From an uncultured delta proteobacterium (lineage in GTDB: Bacteria > Desulfobacterota > Syntrophia > Syntrophales > Smithellaceae), in NCBI GenBank assembly GCA_963753975.1, contig CAVWEH010000004.1, positions 128,001-192,000 on the forward strand: a stretch of DNA of 64,000 nucleotides, given 5' to 3'. The position numbers and the translations under genes are program-made. Positions 11,617 through 22,774 of the stretch are shown here, piece after piece (within the stretch, counting starts at the first letter, position 1; every line of letters begins with the position of its first letter). Below the pieces are notes generated by a model. That model searched no databases. It was not told the origin of the DNA and worked only from the letters and a program-made list of their open reading frames with translations.

Positions 11617-13701
11617 ATGAAAGAAATTATTAAAAAGCGCATCTTCAATAACAAGGTGAAGATTAAGCCCTGCAAAGAGAACACTCAAGAATTACTCAAA
11701 ACGCTTGATATTTACCGTAATCTTGTGGAAGCGGCGAGCGATTCCATTTATATTGTGGATAGCGAATGCCGGTTTATCTACACCAATCCCAGATATTGTT
11801 CCCGCCTTGGTTTGCCTCTGAAAGATATAATCGGTAAAACCTACGGAATTTTTCATTCCCCGGAGGATGCCAAATCCTTTGCCGCGGATGTGGCGGAGGT
11901 TTTCCAAAAAGGTCTGTCGTTCCAGCGTGAATACCGGAGCCAGAGAGACGGAAACGAATTTTTGCGCACTTTCAGCCCTGCCCGCCAATTCGCCGGGCAA
12001 GGTGCGGTTACGACAGTATCCGTAATTGCGAAAGACATAACCCAATTGAAGCGCGCCGAAGAACTTTATGCCACACTGGCAGAGAAATCGCCCATCAGCG
12101 TTTTCATCGTTCAAGGTGGTCTGATTCAATGGGGCAATTCGAAACTTCAGGAATCTATGGGATATAAGGCCGACGAGCTTATAAATATGCCTTATTCACA
12201 TTTTGTCCATCCGGACGACAGGGAAATACTTAAGAGCAACTCCATCGCCATGCTCCGTGGCGAGATTTCTCTTCCTTTTGAATACCGGGTAGTAACTAAA
12301 GCAAGAGAGATACTATGGCACGTAGGAACAGTGAACTCCATCACTCATAAGGGGAAGAGAGCTATTCTCGCGAGTCAAATGAACATTGATCCCCAGAAGC
12401 AGGCAGAGATGAACCTGCGGCAAAGTGAGGAACGTTACCGGACGATAATCGATACTATTCCGGATTCTTATTCCGAACAAGATTTGAAAGGTAATATCGT
12501 GTACTTCAACGATGCCTATGCGAAAAGCATGCAGGGTTATAATCGTACAGAATTACAAAACCTCAGTTACAAGGAATATATAGACAGTCATTCTGCAAAG
12601 CGTATTTTTCAAGTCTATAACACGGTTTTTAAAACCGGAAAACCTCTGAAGAATGTGGAAGTGGAGAGAATAAGCAAGAAAGGGATAAAAAGTCTGGCAG
12701 AACTCTCTGTCAGCCTGGCCCGGGATAATCAGGGGAACCCTACTGGATTTCACACTGTTTCCCGCGATATTACAGAAAGAAGAAAGAAAGAAGATGCTCT
12801 GCGGTTGAGCGAAGAGCGTTATCGCACAATTATCGACAGCATTGCCGATGCTTACTATGAAGTTGATTTGGCGGGAAACACCACTGTTTTCAACGATGCC
12901 TATCTTAAACTCTACGAATACAGCGCAAAGGAAATGCAAGGGAAAAATTATCGGACATACGTGGATAAGGAGCACGCAGAAATTGCCTATTGGGTTTTCC
13001 ATCAAGTTTTTAAGACCGGCAAGCCGACTAGGAAAATGGAATGGGAAATCATCACCAAAAGCGGGAAGAAGAAACAGGTGGAACTCTCCGTAAGTCTTAG
13101 TCGCGATGTCAACGGGAAACCAATTGGTTTCCGCGGCATCATCAGCGATATAACTGACCGGCGCATGGCCGAAGAAACGATTCGCCACCAGGCCTTCCAC
13201 GATTCGCTGACCGGTCTTGCTAACCGAATCCTTTTTTATGACCGTATGCACATGGCCTTTAACTTGGCAAAACGAGGCGGAAAAATGGTTGCTGTTATAA
13301 TACTTGACCTGGATAATTTTAAAGTAATCAATGATAACAAAGGCCATAGAGTGGGAGATGAAGTTTTAAAAAGTATTTCCGGCAGACTTTCGAAAATGGT
13401 TAGGGCGAGTGATACAGTAGCCCGTTACGGAGGCGATGAATTTACCCTGATTATTCCATCTTTATCCAATGAAGAAAATGTTTTGATCGTTGCCCAGAAA
13501 ATAGTCAAGGCTTTCAACGAACCTTTTCATCTCGATGACAGCAATATAACGGTAACAGCGAGTGTTGGCGTGGCCATGTACCCCCTTCATGGGCAGGACA
13601 TTGATACCCTTATGAACAAGGCCGATGCTGCAATGTACCGGGCTAAGGCTACGGGACGCAACAGGTACTGTTGGTACGGCGACACAAAAGAGAATTCCTG
13701 A
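11617..13701 (+). CDS. multi-PAS diguanylate cyclase
   Basis: Four PAS/PAC repeats, HDSLTGLANR, ARYGGDEF, ADAAMYRAK. Confidence 0.9.
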   Translation: MKEIIKKRIFNNKVKIKPCKENTQELLKTLDIYRNLVEAASDSIYIVDSECRFIYTNPRYCSRLGLPLKDIIGKTYGIFHSPEDAKSFAADVAEVFQKGLSFQREYRSQRDGNEFLRTFSPARQFAGQGAVTTVSVIAKDITQLKRAEELYATLAEKSPISVFIVQGGLIQWGNSKLQESMGYKADELINMPYSHFVHPDDREILKSNSIAMLRGEISLPFEYRVVTKAREILWHVGTVNSITHKGKRAILASQMNIDPQKQAEMNLRQSEERYRTIIDTIPDSYSEQDLKGNIVYFNDAYAKSMQGYNRTELQNLSYKEYIDSHSAKRIFQVYNTVFKTGKPLKNVEVERISKKGIKSLAELSVSLARDNQGNPTGFHTVSRDITERRKKEDALRLSEERYRTIIDSIADAYYEVDLAGNTTVFNDAYLKLYEYSAKEMQGKNYRTYVDKEHAEIAYWVFHQVFKTGKPTRKMEWEIITKSGKKKQVELSVSLSRDVNGKPIGFRGIISDITDRRMAEETIRHQAFHDSLTGLANRILFYDRMHMAFNLAKRGGKMVAVIILDLDNFKVINDNKGHRVGDEVLKSISGRLSKMVRASDTVARYGGDEFTLIIPSLSNEENVLIVAQKIVKAFNEPFHLDDSNITVTASVGVAMYPLHGQDIDTLMNKADAAMYRAKATGRNRYCWYGDTKENS

Positions 13702-14056
13702 TTCCCGGAAAACTTTAGTCAGAAGTATACCCGGTTCAATATAATTAGCAAAAAGATTTAAGATGAAGCAAAAGTATCATTGATATTCTCTCGCAACCGG
13801 TTGAAGCCGCGATCACTGTAAAAAGCAGGAATATCGGTAGACAATTATGGCTGATGGACATCTATGCACTGGGAATTATTGTTAGTGCGCACATTCATGA
13901 CGCGCCGGGGAAAAATCAGCAGGAACTTGCAAAAAGCCCTGATTGTTTTCCACAATTTTATCATCGTTTCCCTTCTCTACCGCGTGAGCAATATCAGCCT
14001 CTAAAAGTTCAGAAACACCTGCACGGGACAAATTGTACCAGAAAGATAACTACAGA

Positions 14057-14938
14057 ATGCTGACAAAATCGAGTATCTTGCACTTACGTATTCCCTTTTC
14101 CTATTTTCTTATGCCCACATATCTTTTTGCTTTGACTTGTGCCGAGAAACCGATCCTGTGGAAAGTAGTGCTGGTATTTTTCATTCTGCACTTTCTTCTT
14201 TACCCGGCAAGTCATTCCTATAATTCTTATTATGATCGCGATACGGACAGCATCGGCATACTGAAAAACCCTCCTCCCGTAGAGAAGGAACTGCTCACCA
14301 TATCGCTGTTGCTGGATGCTTCAGCGGTACTCCTTTCTCTCTCAATTGGCTGGCTTTTTACCGCCGCCGCGTTTTTTTATGGCCTCGCCTCCAAAGCTTA
14401 CAGCCACAATAAAATTCGAGTGAAAAAAATGCCTGTTCTCAGCCTTATCGGGGTGGGTCTTATCCAGGGCGCTTTTACCTTTCTCCTATCTTTTTGGGGT
14501 ATTCAAGACATTCCCATAACAGAGATTTTCCATACACAGATTCTCTTTGCCGCAGTCATTTCCAGCTTATTTCTTGCGGCCGCTTATCCTATGACGCAAA
14601 TCTACCAGCACAAAGCGGATGGAGAACGTGGTGATATCTCCTTTAGCCTGCTTCTGGGTATTAAAGGCACTTTCCTGTTTTGCGCAGTGTTTATCATGCT
14701 CTCGATTGCCTGTTTTGTTTTTTATTTCCTGATCTATTATGGCCTGCTAATTGCCGCATTTTTCATCCTTTTCCTCACTCCCGTGGCGGTTTTCTTTTTT
14801 TATTGGATGGTGATAACATTCCGGGATGAAAGTAAGGCCAACTACGACAATGCCATGCGTCTGAATTTCATTTCCTCGACGGCATTGAACACTTTCATGA
14901 TATTATTAATGGCGGCAAATCATTTTAAACTTGACTAA
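14057..14938 (+). CDS. UbiA prenyltransferase family membrane protein
   Basis: Multi-TM protein; NSYYDRD and TQIYQH.AD..RGD Asp-rich motifs. Confidence 0.75.
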   Translation: MLTKSSILHLRIPFSYFLMPTYLFALTCAEKPILWKVVLVFFILHFLLYPASHSYNSYYDRDTDSIGILKNPPPVEKELLTISLLLDASAVLLSLSIGWLFTAAAFFYGLASKAYSHNKIRVKKMPVLSLIGVGLIQGAFTFLLSFWGIQDIPITEIFHTQILFAAVISSLFLAAAYPMTQIYQHKADGERGDISFSLLLGIKGTFLFCAVFIMLSIACFVFYFLIYYGLLIAAFFILFLTPVAVFFFYWMVITFRDESKANYDNAMRLNFISSTALNTFMILLMAANHFKLD

Positions 14939-15252
14939 CAACATGTGAATAATATCTGTAAAACATTACACTTAATTAAATTTTCATATAAAGTCACTAC
15001 GGTACAGACAGAAATCCGTCGTGCATTTTAAAAGAGCTCACCATTAGAAATTATGTCGCAGAGAACACCAGCTGCAGGCAAATTTTTTAAGTTGAAAAAC
15101 CTTTGCCGGACAGGTTGACCAAAGTTTGCGTCCACAAATAAGAAAACTGCGGCAGAAAATGATCCAACAGCCGGAAAGTTGGAATAGGTCAATGTTTCAA
15201 ATAGAATAGTTCACGGCTATAACCTTCCCTGATTATAACTCTTTCCCGCCAA

Positions 15253-16701
15253 TCAGATTTCGTTTCCAAAATCGGCCTTAAATGCCTTCACAAGTTTCGC
15301 GCCCCAGTCGCCGCCCACCGTTTCCAGCTTGCCGAAAAAGAAACGCATTACCGGCGGCTCCTCCACAAAGCGTAATCCGCCGATGATATCCTTATGATGA
15401 TGCAGCCAGGCTAGTCGATCCGCAACGTACTCGATATGCCCCAGAGTATAGGTACGTCGCGGGATGGCGATGCGCACGAGCTCCATTTTGGCTGTAACTT
15501 CCTTGCCGTTCCGATCCCGGTCTTCAGACATCGTTCCGCGCTCGACTCCCCGCGCTCCTGAAACAAGATACATCGCTGCATTCAGCGCTTCCGCCGGATA
15601 CTGAAGCGGGGGAATGTTCGGCAGAAACTCGCGGGCATTTACATGGCAGGCCAGTCCGCCCGGCGGGGTAACGACCGGAACGCCGTATTCCTGCAAACGT
15701 TCGACAAAATATTTGATAAATTCAGGGCTGCTGCCCGCAACTTCCATCTGTGTCATTTCCTCCAGCCCTACCGCCATAGCTTCGATTTCCTTTGTGGACA
15801 TGCCGCCATAGGTCGAAAATCCCTCGTACACCGGCAGCCATGTCATCAGCTGGTCAAAGTGTTGTTTGTTGTTTGTTGCAATAAGGCCTCCCCGCGCACC
15901 GCCGCTCTTCCTTCCCGACATATAGAGGATATCGACGTGACTCATCATTTCTAAAAGAATTTCTTGAATCGATTTATCAGCGTATCCTTTTTCACGCTGC
16001 TTGATGAAATAAGCGTTTTCTCCGATAAGGCTGCCATCCATCACCATCAAAATGCCGTTTGATTTGGCGATTTTCTCGACGTCTCGCAGGTTTTGCATCG
16101 AAAACGGCTGGCCACCGATCAGGTTGGTTGTCGCTTCCATGCGGATAAAAGCGATATTTTCACGGCCATGCTTTTCAATGGACTTCTTGAGCTTTGTAAT
16201 ATCGATGTTTCCCTTGAACGGTGCGCTTCCGGCCGGAATCAGGGCTTCGTCAGCCACCAGGTCGATGATCTGAGAACCAACGAGCTCCACATGAACCCGG
16301 GTCGAGGGAAAGTGATAGTTCGTTAACACAACTTGTGGAGATTTGAGAAACACTTTCACCAGCAAGTGCTCCGCGGCTCGTCCCTGGTGGACAGGTAACG
16401 TGTGTTCAAATCCGAAAACCTTTTTCACCACGCGTGCCATTTTGTAGAAACTCTCGGAGCCGGCATAGGCATCATCCGCAACCATCATGGCAGCTAATTG
16501 ATTATCACTCATTGCGTTTGTGCCACTATCGGTCAACATGTCGAGAAATACTTCCCTCGCCGGGAGGAGGAATGTGTTATAACCGACAGCTCGCAGACAC
16601 TCCAGCCGCTGCGCTGCAGGGAGGAGGTACATTTTTTGCACGATCTTGATCTTGTGCATCTCCATGGGTACTTGCCGGCCATTGGCCAATGTAATAATCA
16701 T
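15253..16701 (-). CDS. PLP-dependent beta-eliminating lyase (tyrosine phenol-lyase/tryptophanase family)
   Basis: DMLTDSGT, DDAYAGS, HQGRAAE, GGQPFS, MSGRKS (PLP Lys), YEGFSTYGG, IPRRTYT. Confidence 0.88.
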   Translation of the reverse strand: MIITLANGRQVPMEMHKIKIVQKMYLLPAAQRLECLRAVGYNTFLLPAREVFLDMLTDSGTNAMSDNQLAAMMVADDAYAGSESFYKMARVVKKVFGFEHTLPVHQGRAAEHLLVKVFLKSPQVVLTNYHFPSTRVHVELVGSQIIDLVADEALIPAGSAPFKGNIDITKLKKSIEKHGRENIAFIRMEATTNLIGGQPFSMQNLRDVEKIAKSNGILMVMDGSLIGENAYFIKQREKGYADKSIQEILLEMMSHVDILYMSGRKSGGARGGLIATNNKQHFDQLMTWLPVYEGFSTYGGMSTKEIEAMAVGLEEMTQMEVAGSSPEFIKYFVERLQEYGVPVVTPPGGLACHVNAREFLPNIPPLQYPAEALNAAMYLVSGARGVERGTMSEDRDRNGKEVTAKMELVRIAIPRRTYTLGHIEYVADRLAWLHHHKDIIGGLRFVEEPPVMRFFFGKLETVGGDWGAKLVKAFKADFGNEI

Positions 16702-17003
16702 AATTTTCTCCTTTCGACTTCCAAAGTTCAAAGAACCTGAAATTACAGATAAATTATTGGTGATAGTTTCCTTCTGAGTGAGGGAGTATAGGAAAAAACT
16801 TTCTTTTGTGTCAAGATAATTTAATATTACAATTTTAGGTAATTAGAAAAAAATCGGCGGTACTCTTTTCAATTGTCTCCAGGCACATAAACCAGAAAAT
16901 TAGAACAGTCCAATATTTTTTGAATAAAACCTTTCTCAATTTTCCAGCAAAAAAATGAATCAGCCTGTCTGGTAATTCTCACGCATGTCTTGGACTGATA
17001 GTT

Positions 17004-17768
17004 TTACTTAAACTTGGTAAAATCCGGTTTACGTTTCTCAAAGAACGCGGTAAATGCTTCCTTTGCTTCTTTCGATACCAGCATTTTAGTAAAAAGCCTG
17101 CCCTCTTCCTCCATTTTGGACTTGATCGCCGCAAGCTCTTTACCCTTCATCAAATGTTTGGTTGCCTTTAGCGACGATGTCGGCAATGCCGCTAGCTTAG
17201 CCGCCTGGGTCTGCGCAAACGCAAAAACTTCGGCAGTCGGCAATACCTTGTTTACCAATCCCATCGCGCACGCTTCGTGGGCCGAAAATGTCTCGCCCAG
17301 CATCAACTTTTCCGCCGCACGCTGGTAACCGGCGATTTGAGGAAGCAGCATACTGGACGAAAATTCCGGACACAAGCCGAGCTTAGCGAAGGGCATCGAA
17401 AACTGAGCATTGTCGGCTGCATAGACGAAATCACAGTGCAGCAACAACGTCGTGCCAATACCGACTGCGGGACCGGACACCGCCGCGACTACCGGCTTGG
17501 TCGCCCGGCTAAGTTTCTGCATAAATTGGTATACAGGACTATTTCTTTTCTGCGGGGGATTCTTCATAAAATCCTCCAAATCATTGCCGGCCGTGAATAT
17601 TTCCGGTTTACCTGTGAATAGAATCACGCGCACCTCTGTATCTTTTTCCGCTTCTTTCAGTGCGTCGGCCATGGTCTGGTACATCGCCGCTGTAATCGCA
17701 TTCTTCTTATTTGGACGGTTAAATGTGATAGTAAAAATGCCGTTTGCCTTGCTGGTCAAAATATCCAT
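17004..17768 (-). CDS. enoyl-CoA hydratase/isomerase family protein
   Basis: NRPNKKNA, FTAGNDL, GPAVGIG, LGLCPE, AFFEKRKPDF. Confidence 0.9.
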   Translation of the reverse strand: MDILTSKANGIFTITFNRPNKKNAITAAMYQTMADALKEAEKDTEVRVILFTGKPEIFTAGNDLEDFMKNPPQKRNSPVYQFMQKLSRATKPVVAAVSGPAVGIGTTLLLHCDFVYAADNAQFSMPFAKLGLCPEFSSSMLLPQIAGYQRAAEKLMLGETFSAHEACAMGLVNKVLPTAEVFAFAQTQAAKLAALPTSSLKATKHLMKGKELAAIKSKMEEEGRLFTKMLVSKEAKEAFTAFFEKRKPDFTKFK

Positions 17769-17947
17769 GTTATCTCCTGACAAAATACTTTTTTAATTCT
17801 TTTTATATTAATTAAGCAATCTTTATAAAACAGTAAAATCGACTGTTAATTTCTTTTAAATGCATTTATATCAAGCGGTGATTATGGTCAATGATTTGTT
17901 TGCCGATGTCATGATCCAGATTGCAGCAATATTTCCTCAATCAATCA

Positions 17948-18346
17948 TTACACTTTAATTGCTATTTGAATTTCCGGCGGCGCATCCAGAAACTTTTTGA
18001 CCGAGCAGGTTTGAGCGGCTTTAACAATCGCGGCTTTGTATTTCTCCGGAAAATTCAGCGGCAATACTATGTCGATATTCATTTTTTCGACCCTGTGAGT
18101 CGTGTCATTACGCATAACTGTTTGTATCATGGTAATATTGTCCGTCGGGATAGAACGTGATTGGCAAAAAGCGATAATATAAAACCCGGCGCACATACCA
18201 ATGGAAGCTAGAAAGATTTCCAATGGTGCCGGTGCAGTATTATCGCCACCGTCGGCCACCGGTTGATCTGACTTTAGAGTAAAACTACGAAAATGCGCAT
18301 CAACCTTTTTATTTCCAGTAAACGTAATGTCATATTTCATTTCCAT
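17948..18346 (-). CDS. OsmC family protein
   Basis: DQP...GG.N.AP.P...FLASIG.C...CSVKK. Confidence 0.82.
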   Translation of the reverse strand: MEMKYDITFTGNKKVDAHFRSFTLKSDQPVADGGDNTAPAPLEIFLASIGMCAGFYIIAFCQSRSIPTDNITMIQTVMRNDTTHRVEKMNIDIVLPLNFPEKYKAAIVKAAQTCSVKKFLDAPPEIQIAIKV

Positions 18347-18392
18347 ATTTTCTGTCCTTATTAAAACAGTTATCCATTATATATAGGTGTCA

Positions 18393-18640
18393 TCAGCCGT
18401 CCATATATATGCGCCTTTTTGCCGGGGTAAATCTTTCTATCACGTAACGCAGCATGGCTCTGGGCATTACTGGGCAATGTTTTTGTAAAAACAACTCTGC
18501 ATACTTAATATCACGTTTGCCGACTTCGCGCAGCATCCAACCGGCAGCCCTGTAAATTAAATCTTCTTTATCTTGCAGTAAAATTCCGGTGATCTTAAGT
18601 GCATCGGCAAATTTATTGCTTCTGATAAAAAAGAAAGAAA
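18393..18640 (-). pseudogene. AlkD-like DNA alkylation repair protein, C-terminal fragment
   Basis: FFFIR...DKEDLIYRAAGWMLREVGKRD...MPRAMLRYVIERF. Confidence 0.75.
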
Positions 18641-18649
18641 AAAGTGAAT

Positions 18650-19113
18650 GTGGGAACATATCAATAAAACTGATGATGCATTTTTCCGTGTGCCGATAAT
18701 TGCGCCGCCAGATCATTGAAGCGGTCAATGTGATAGTCAATGTTTATACTTTCCGACAACAAGATCGGATCATAGCGCCAGATGATTCGTTTCTTGCCAA
18801 TTTTATCGGAAAGCTTTAAGAACGTATCGATAATTTCGGTTTTGGGCGGCAGATTCGGCTCGATATCTTTGTTATAGGGTGTCAGGGTGAATTGAAAGTA
18901 AAAGTTGCAGTTTTGGAGAAGTTGCAGCCGATCCATCATCGGCGCCGGATCTTTCGTCCAGAAAACAATGCAGTCAACATCGGTAGGGGCAAGCGATATA
19001 TTCTAACCTGCTTGGGATTCATTGGATTGCGCACAGAACAAATCTACGAATCCGGTTGAAAAACCAGTCACTGTAATAAGCGGGAATATCCGTCTCGGCT
19101 GAGCGATAATCAT
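18650..19113 (-). pseudogene. DUF1848 family protein, N-terminal portion, multiply frameshifted and truncated
   Basis: Joining frames gives MII...RTDIPAYYSDWFFNRI...RNPMNPKQV...VDCIVFWTKDP...YFQFTLTPY..DIEPNLP...WRYDPI. Confidence 0.75.
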
Positions 19114-19434
19114 ATAGTTTATAAAAGTTAATAGAAGATTAAAATATAAAAATAATTGTATGAATATAAAGAAAATTGAAAAGTGATAATAAAAATAGAT
19201 TTATATATTTTTTGTTTTATATAGTGAAAGTATATGAAATTGTGAATTTGATAATTTTTAATAAATTGATAAGTATTGATAAGTTTATGTTATAGTGTTT
19301 GTAGAAAATTAGTAGAGTATATGTGATTTGTTATGAAGTAATTGATATATTGTAATTTTGAGATATATTATTATTATGACCGATTGAGCAACCGACTATT
19401 GATTTAATTTTAAAATTATTTTCTTCAAGCAATG

Positions 19435-19590
19435 AATTACATTGTAGCGAGCACCGCAATGCGTCGCTCCCAGAGGTTCTTTGATTTCGCCAGTTGATAG
19501 AGGGGCTTTTTGCTTTTCTCCATCAAAGACGCTCCCACAATATTGGGAGCAGAAACATCCACCAAATCCCAGTTATAGTACCGAGGAAAA
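19435..19590 (-). pseudogene. AlkD-like DNA alkylation repair protein, middle fragment
   Basis: Manual translation NWDLVDVSAPNIVGASLMEKSKKPLYQLAKSKNLWERRIAVLAT; it would join directly onto the 18393-18640 fragment. Confidence 0.72.
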
Positions 19591-19636
19591 AGATCGTCGA
19601 GAAAACCATGATGCTGACGTCAATGTATGTGCAGGA

Positions 19637-22295
19637 TTATCTATATTTGTCCTGCTTTGTCAGTAATTTCTCCAAACCAGAGAAAACTTTGCCCAAATTT
19701 TCCGGTTGTGTGCCACCGGCCTGAGCCATGTCGGAGCGGCCGCCGCCACTGCCGCCCACCAGCGGTGCGAGTTCCTTGATGATGTTTCCGGCGGAATATT
19801 TTCCGGCCAGGTCTTTGGTCACCATACACAAAAGCAACGCTTTCTCTCCGGTCTTACTGCCCAGAAAGATAACGCCGGATTCCATTTTGTCGCGTAGCTT
19901 ATCACCAAAGTCGCGCAGCGTTTTGACATCGGTAATACTCACTTCCGCGGCCAGCACCTTCACTCCGCCGATTTCGCGCGTCTGGCTGAGCAGATCACTG
20001 GAATCCTTGGCGGCGAGTTTTCCTTTGAGGGCTTCAATTTCTTTTTCCAGATCTCTTGCGTGTTTGAGCAATTTTTCGGTTCTGTCCACAAGCTCCAGAG
20101 GATTAGCCTTAAATAATCCGGCGGCTTTTTTGAGTTCTTCTTCCGCCTTCTGCACATGCGTAAGCGCTTCCTTACCGGTGACCGCTTCGATTCTGCGCAC
20201 ACCCGCGGCTATGGCCGATTCGTGGATAACCTTGAACAAGCCGATCTCGCCTGTTTGCTGCACATGCGTGCCGCCGCAAAGCTCCATGCTCATCTCGCCC
20301 ATTTTGACAATACGGACGGTCGCGCCGTACTTTTCATCAAACACAGCCGTGGCACCGGTTTTAAGCGCGTCTTCCAACGCGCAAACTTCCGTCTGCACGG
20401 GCAGATTTTTGCGAATCATATCATTGGCGATATCTTCCACACGCTGTAGTTCTTCATCACTGATTTTAGAAAAGTGAGTAAAGTCGAAACGCAACCGTTC
20501 GGCTGTCACCTGCGAGCCGGATTGTTTGATGTGATCGCCCAGCACGGCTTTGAGCGCTGCCTGTAAAATATGCGTGCCGGAGTGATTGGCCTGAGCCGCC
20601 CTTCTTTTTTCGGCATCGACAATCAAATGCGCTTTATCGCCGATTTTAATATTTCCCTTTTGCACAATACCTTTATGCACGATAAAATTTTCCACCGGCT
20701 TTTTGGTCTCGAGCACAGCAAAGTCAAAACCTGCTCCTTTTAAAAAGCCCGAGTCACCTATCTGACCACCGGACTCACCATAAAATGGAGTTCTCTCTAC
20801 AACGATTTCCGCCTTCTGGCCTTCGCTTGCACTATCGGCAAGTTTCCCATTCACAAAAATAGTCGCAATACTCGAATCTCCTATAGTCACTCCCTCATAA
20901 CCGCAAAACTCACTCGATATGCCGGAGCTGGAAGCTTTCAGGTAGCACTCAGCCACTGCTTCTTCACCGCTCCCCTTCCAGGCGCCACGCGCTCTTTCGC
21001 GCTGCTTCTCCATCTCGGCTTCAAAGCCAGCCGTGTCGAGTGTAAAATTATCTTTTTTAACAATGTCCGCAGTCAAGTCGGTGGGGAAACCAAAGGTATC
21101 GTAGAGTTTGAAAACCAGTGTGCCGGGTAGAACCGATTTCGCCCGCTTCTTTCAGGGCTGTCGTTTCTTCCTGTAAAATGCGCAATCCGGCGTCGAGCGT
21201 TTCCATAAAACGCTGTTCTTCGTTGAGAATAACTTTGGTAATGTAAGAAGCCTTATCGGCTAGGTCGGGATAGGTATATTTCATCATATCAATGACGACT
21301 CGCGCGCTTTCGTGTAAGAACGGTTTGTTGATGCCCAGCATCTTGCCATGACGCGCGGCGCGGCGCAAGATGCGCCTGAGCACATAACCGCGGCCATCGT
21401 TCGCGGGCAGGATACCATCCCCAATTAAAAAAGTCACAGCACGGCTGTGATCGGCAATGACCCGGATAGAGACATCATTATCGGCATTTTTACCGTAGGT
21501 CTTATCGGATATTTTTTCCATAAGCCGTATCAGGGGAGTGAAAAAATCAGTATCATAGTTACTCTTCACGCCCTGAATAACAGCCGTCAAGCGCTCCAGT
21601 CCCATGCCCGTATCAATGCTGGGCTTGACCAGCGGATTTAATTTTCCGCTTTCATCGCGATCAAACTGGGTGAAGACAAGATTCCAGATTTCCAGATAGC
21701 GGTCACAACCGCAGTCCAGACCGCATTCGGCGCGCCCGCAGCCGGTGCCTTTGCCCTGGTCATAAATGATTTCCGAGCAGGGGCCGCAGGGGCCGGTCTC
21801 CCCCATCATCCAGAAATTACTTTTTTTACCCATGCGGACGATACGCTCTTTCGGCACTTTCATCTTTTTATTCCAGACAGCGAAGGCATCATCGTCTTCT
21901 TCATAAATCGTGACCCACAGCTTCTCTCTGGGCAATTTAACAATGTCGATCAAGTATTCCCATGCCCAGGCAATTGCTTCTTCTTTGAAATAATCACCGA
22001 ACGAAAAATTGCCGAGCATTTCGAAAAAAGTATGATGCCGCGCGGTAACGCCGACATTTTCGAGGTCGTTGTGTTTTCCGCCGGCACGCACGCATTTCTG
22101 GCAGGATGCCGCCTTCGTATAGCCTCTTTTTTCGAGACCCAGAAACGCGTTTTTGAATTGCACCATACCGGCATTGGTGAAAAGCAGGGTCGGATCATCT
22201 TTGGGAATCAAAGCGGAGCTAGCCACTCGTGTATGTCCCTTAGCTTCAAAATACTTTAAAAAACTTTCCCTGATTTCACTCCCCGTTTTCGGCAT
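19637..22295 (-). CDS. alaS: alanine--tRNA ligase, +1 frameshift near 21140
   Basis: [37 protein letters not shown] in the first ORF; ELCGGTH, GGSGGGR in the second; [10 protein letters not shown] spans the join. Confidence 0.95.
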
Positions 22296-22774
22296 TAATT
22301 TCCTCCTGTGCTGTCTTTCCCAGTTTTTTTAAGATCAAGCCCGGCGGGAAACCACGACCCATCAGGCTTTGAAATATCCTTTTTTTCGCCTGCAAATCCA
22401 AAATATCTAATTTTTTTCTTGATGCTTTTTTTTTAATTAAAAATGCAATGGCCTCTTCTTCCGAAATTTCCCGGCGTGCCTTCGTCTACCGCGGCTGGTA
22501 TTAATTCCGCCTCCACACCTTTTTCCCGCAGATTGACAAATATTTTTTTATCTCCCCAGAGCTTATTTACAGCAAGATCCCGTGCCCTTTGAACGGCAAA
22601 AGACGCATCATTTAGATAATTCAATTCGCGAAGTTTTTCCAGAGCTTCTTTGACCACAGCTGCGGAAAAGCCTTTCTCCCGCAGCTTTTTCCCCAACTCT
22701 TTTTCCGCGTGCGGACGCAATGATAAAAGACGGTAAGCTTTTTGTTTGGCTGCCGCCAGATCTAAAACCTTCAC
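22276..22774 (-). CDS. recX: regulatory protein RecX, +1 frameshift near 22480
   Basis: [22 protein letters not shown], downstream of recA; the other frame continues LMGRGF to a stop at 22276. Confidence 0.8.

Noticed and set aside
11617..13160. Internal sequence repeats in PAS proteins (also 52700-54620)
   Set aside because: Ordinary tandem PAS/PAC domain duplications (SEERYRTII..., RDITER)
15060..15200. Possible c-di-GMP-I riboswitch (GGACGCAAA on minus strand)
   Set aside because: No GGCAAAC..GAAA P2 stem or tetraloop-receptor P3, and it lies downstream of convergent genes
21057..21150. Programmed frameshifting in alaS (also purL, cinA)
   Set aside because: No slippery sequence or stimulator seen; many unrelated genes show the same single-base defects, so sequencing error is more parsimonious
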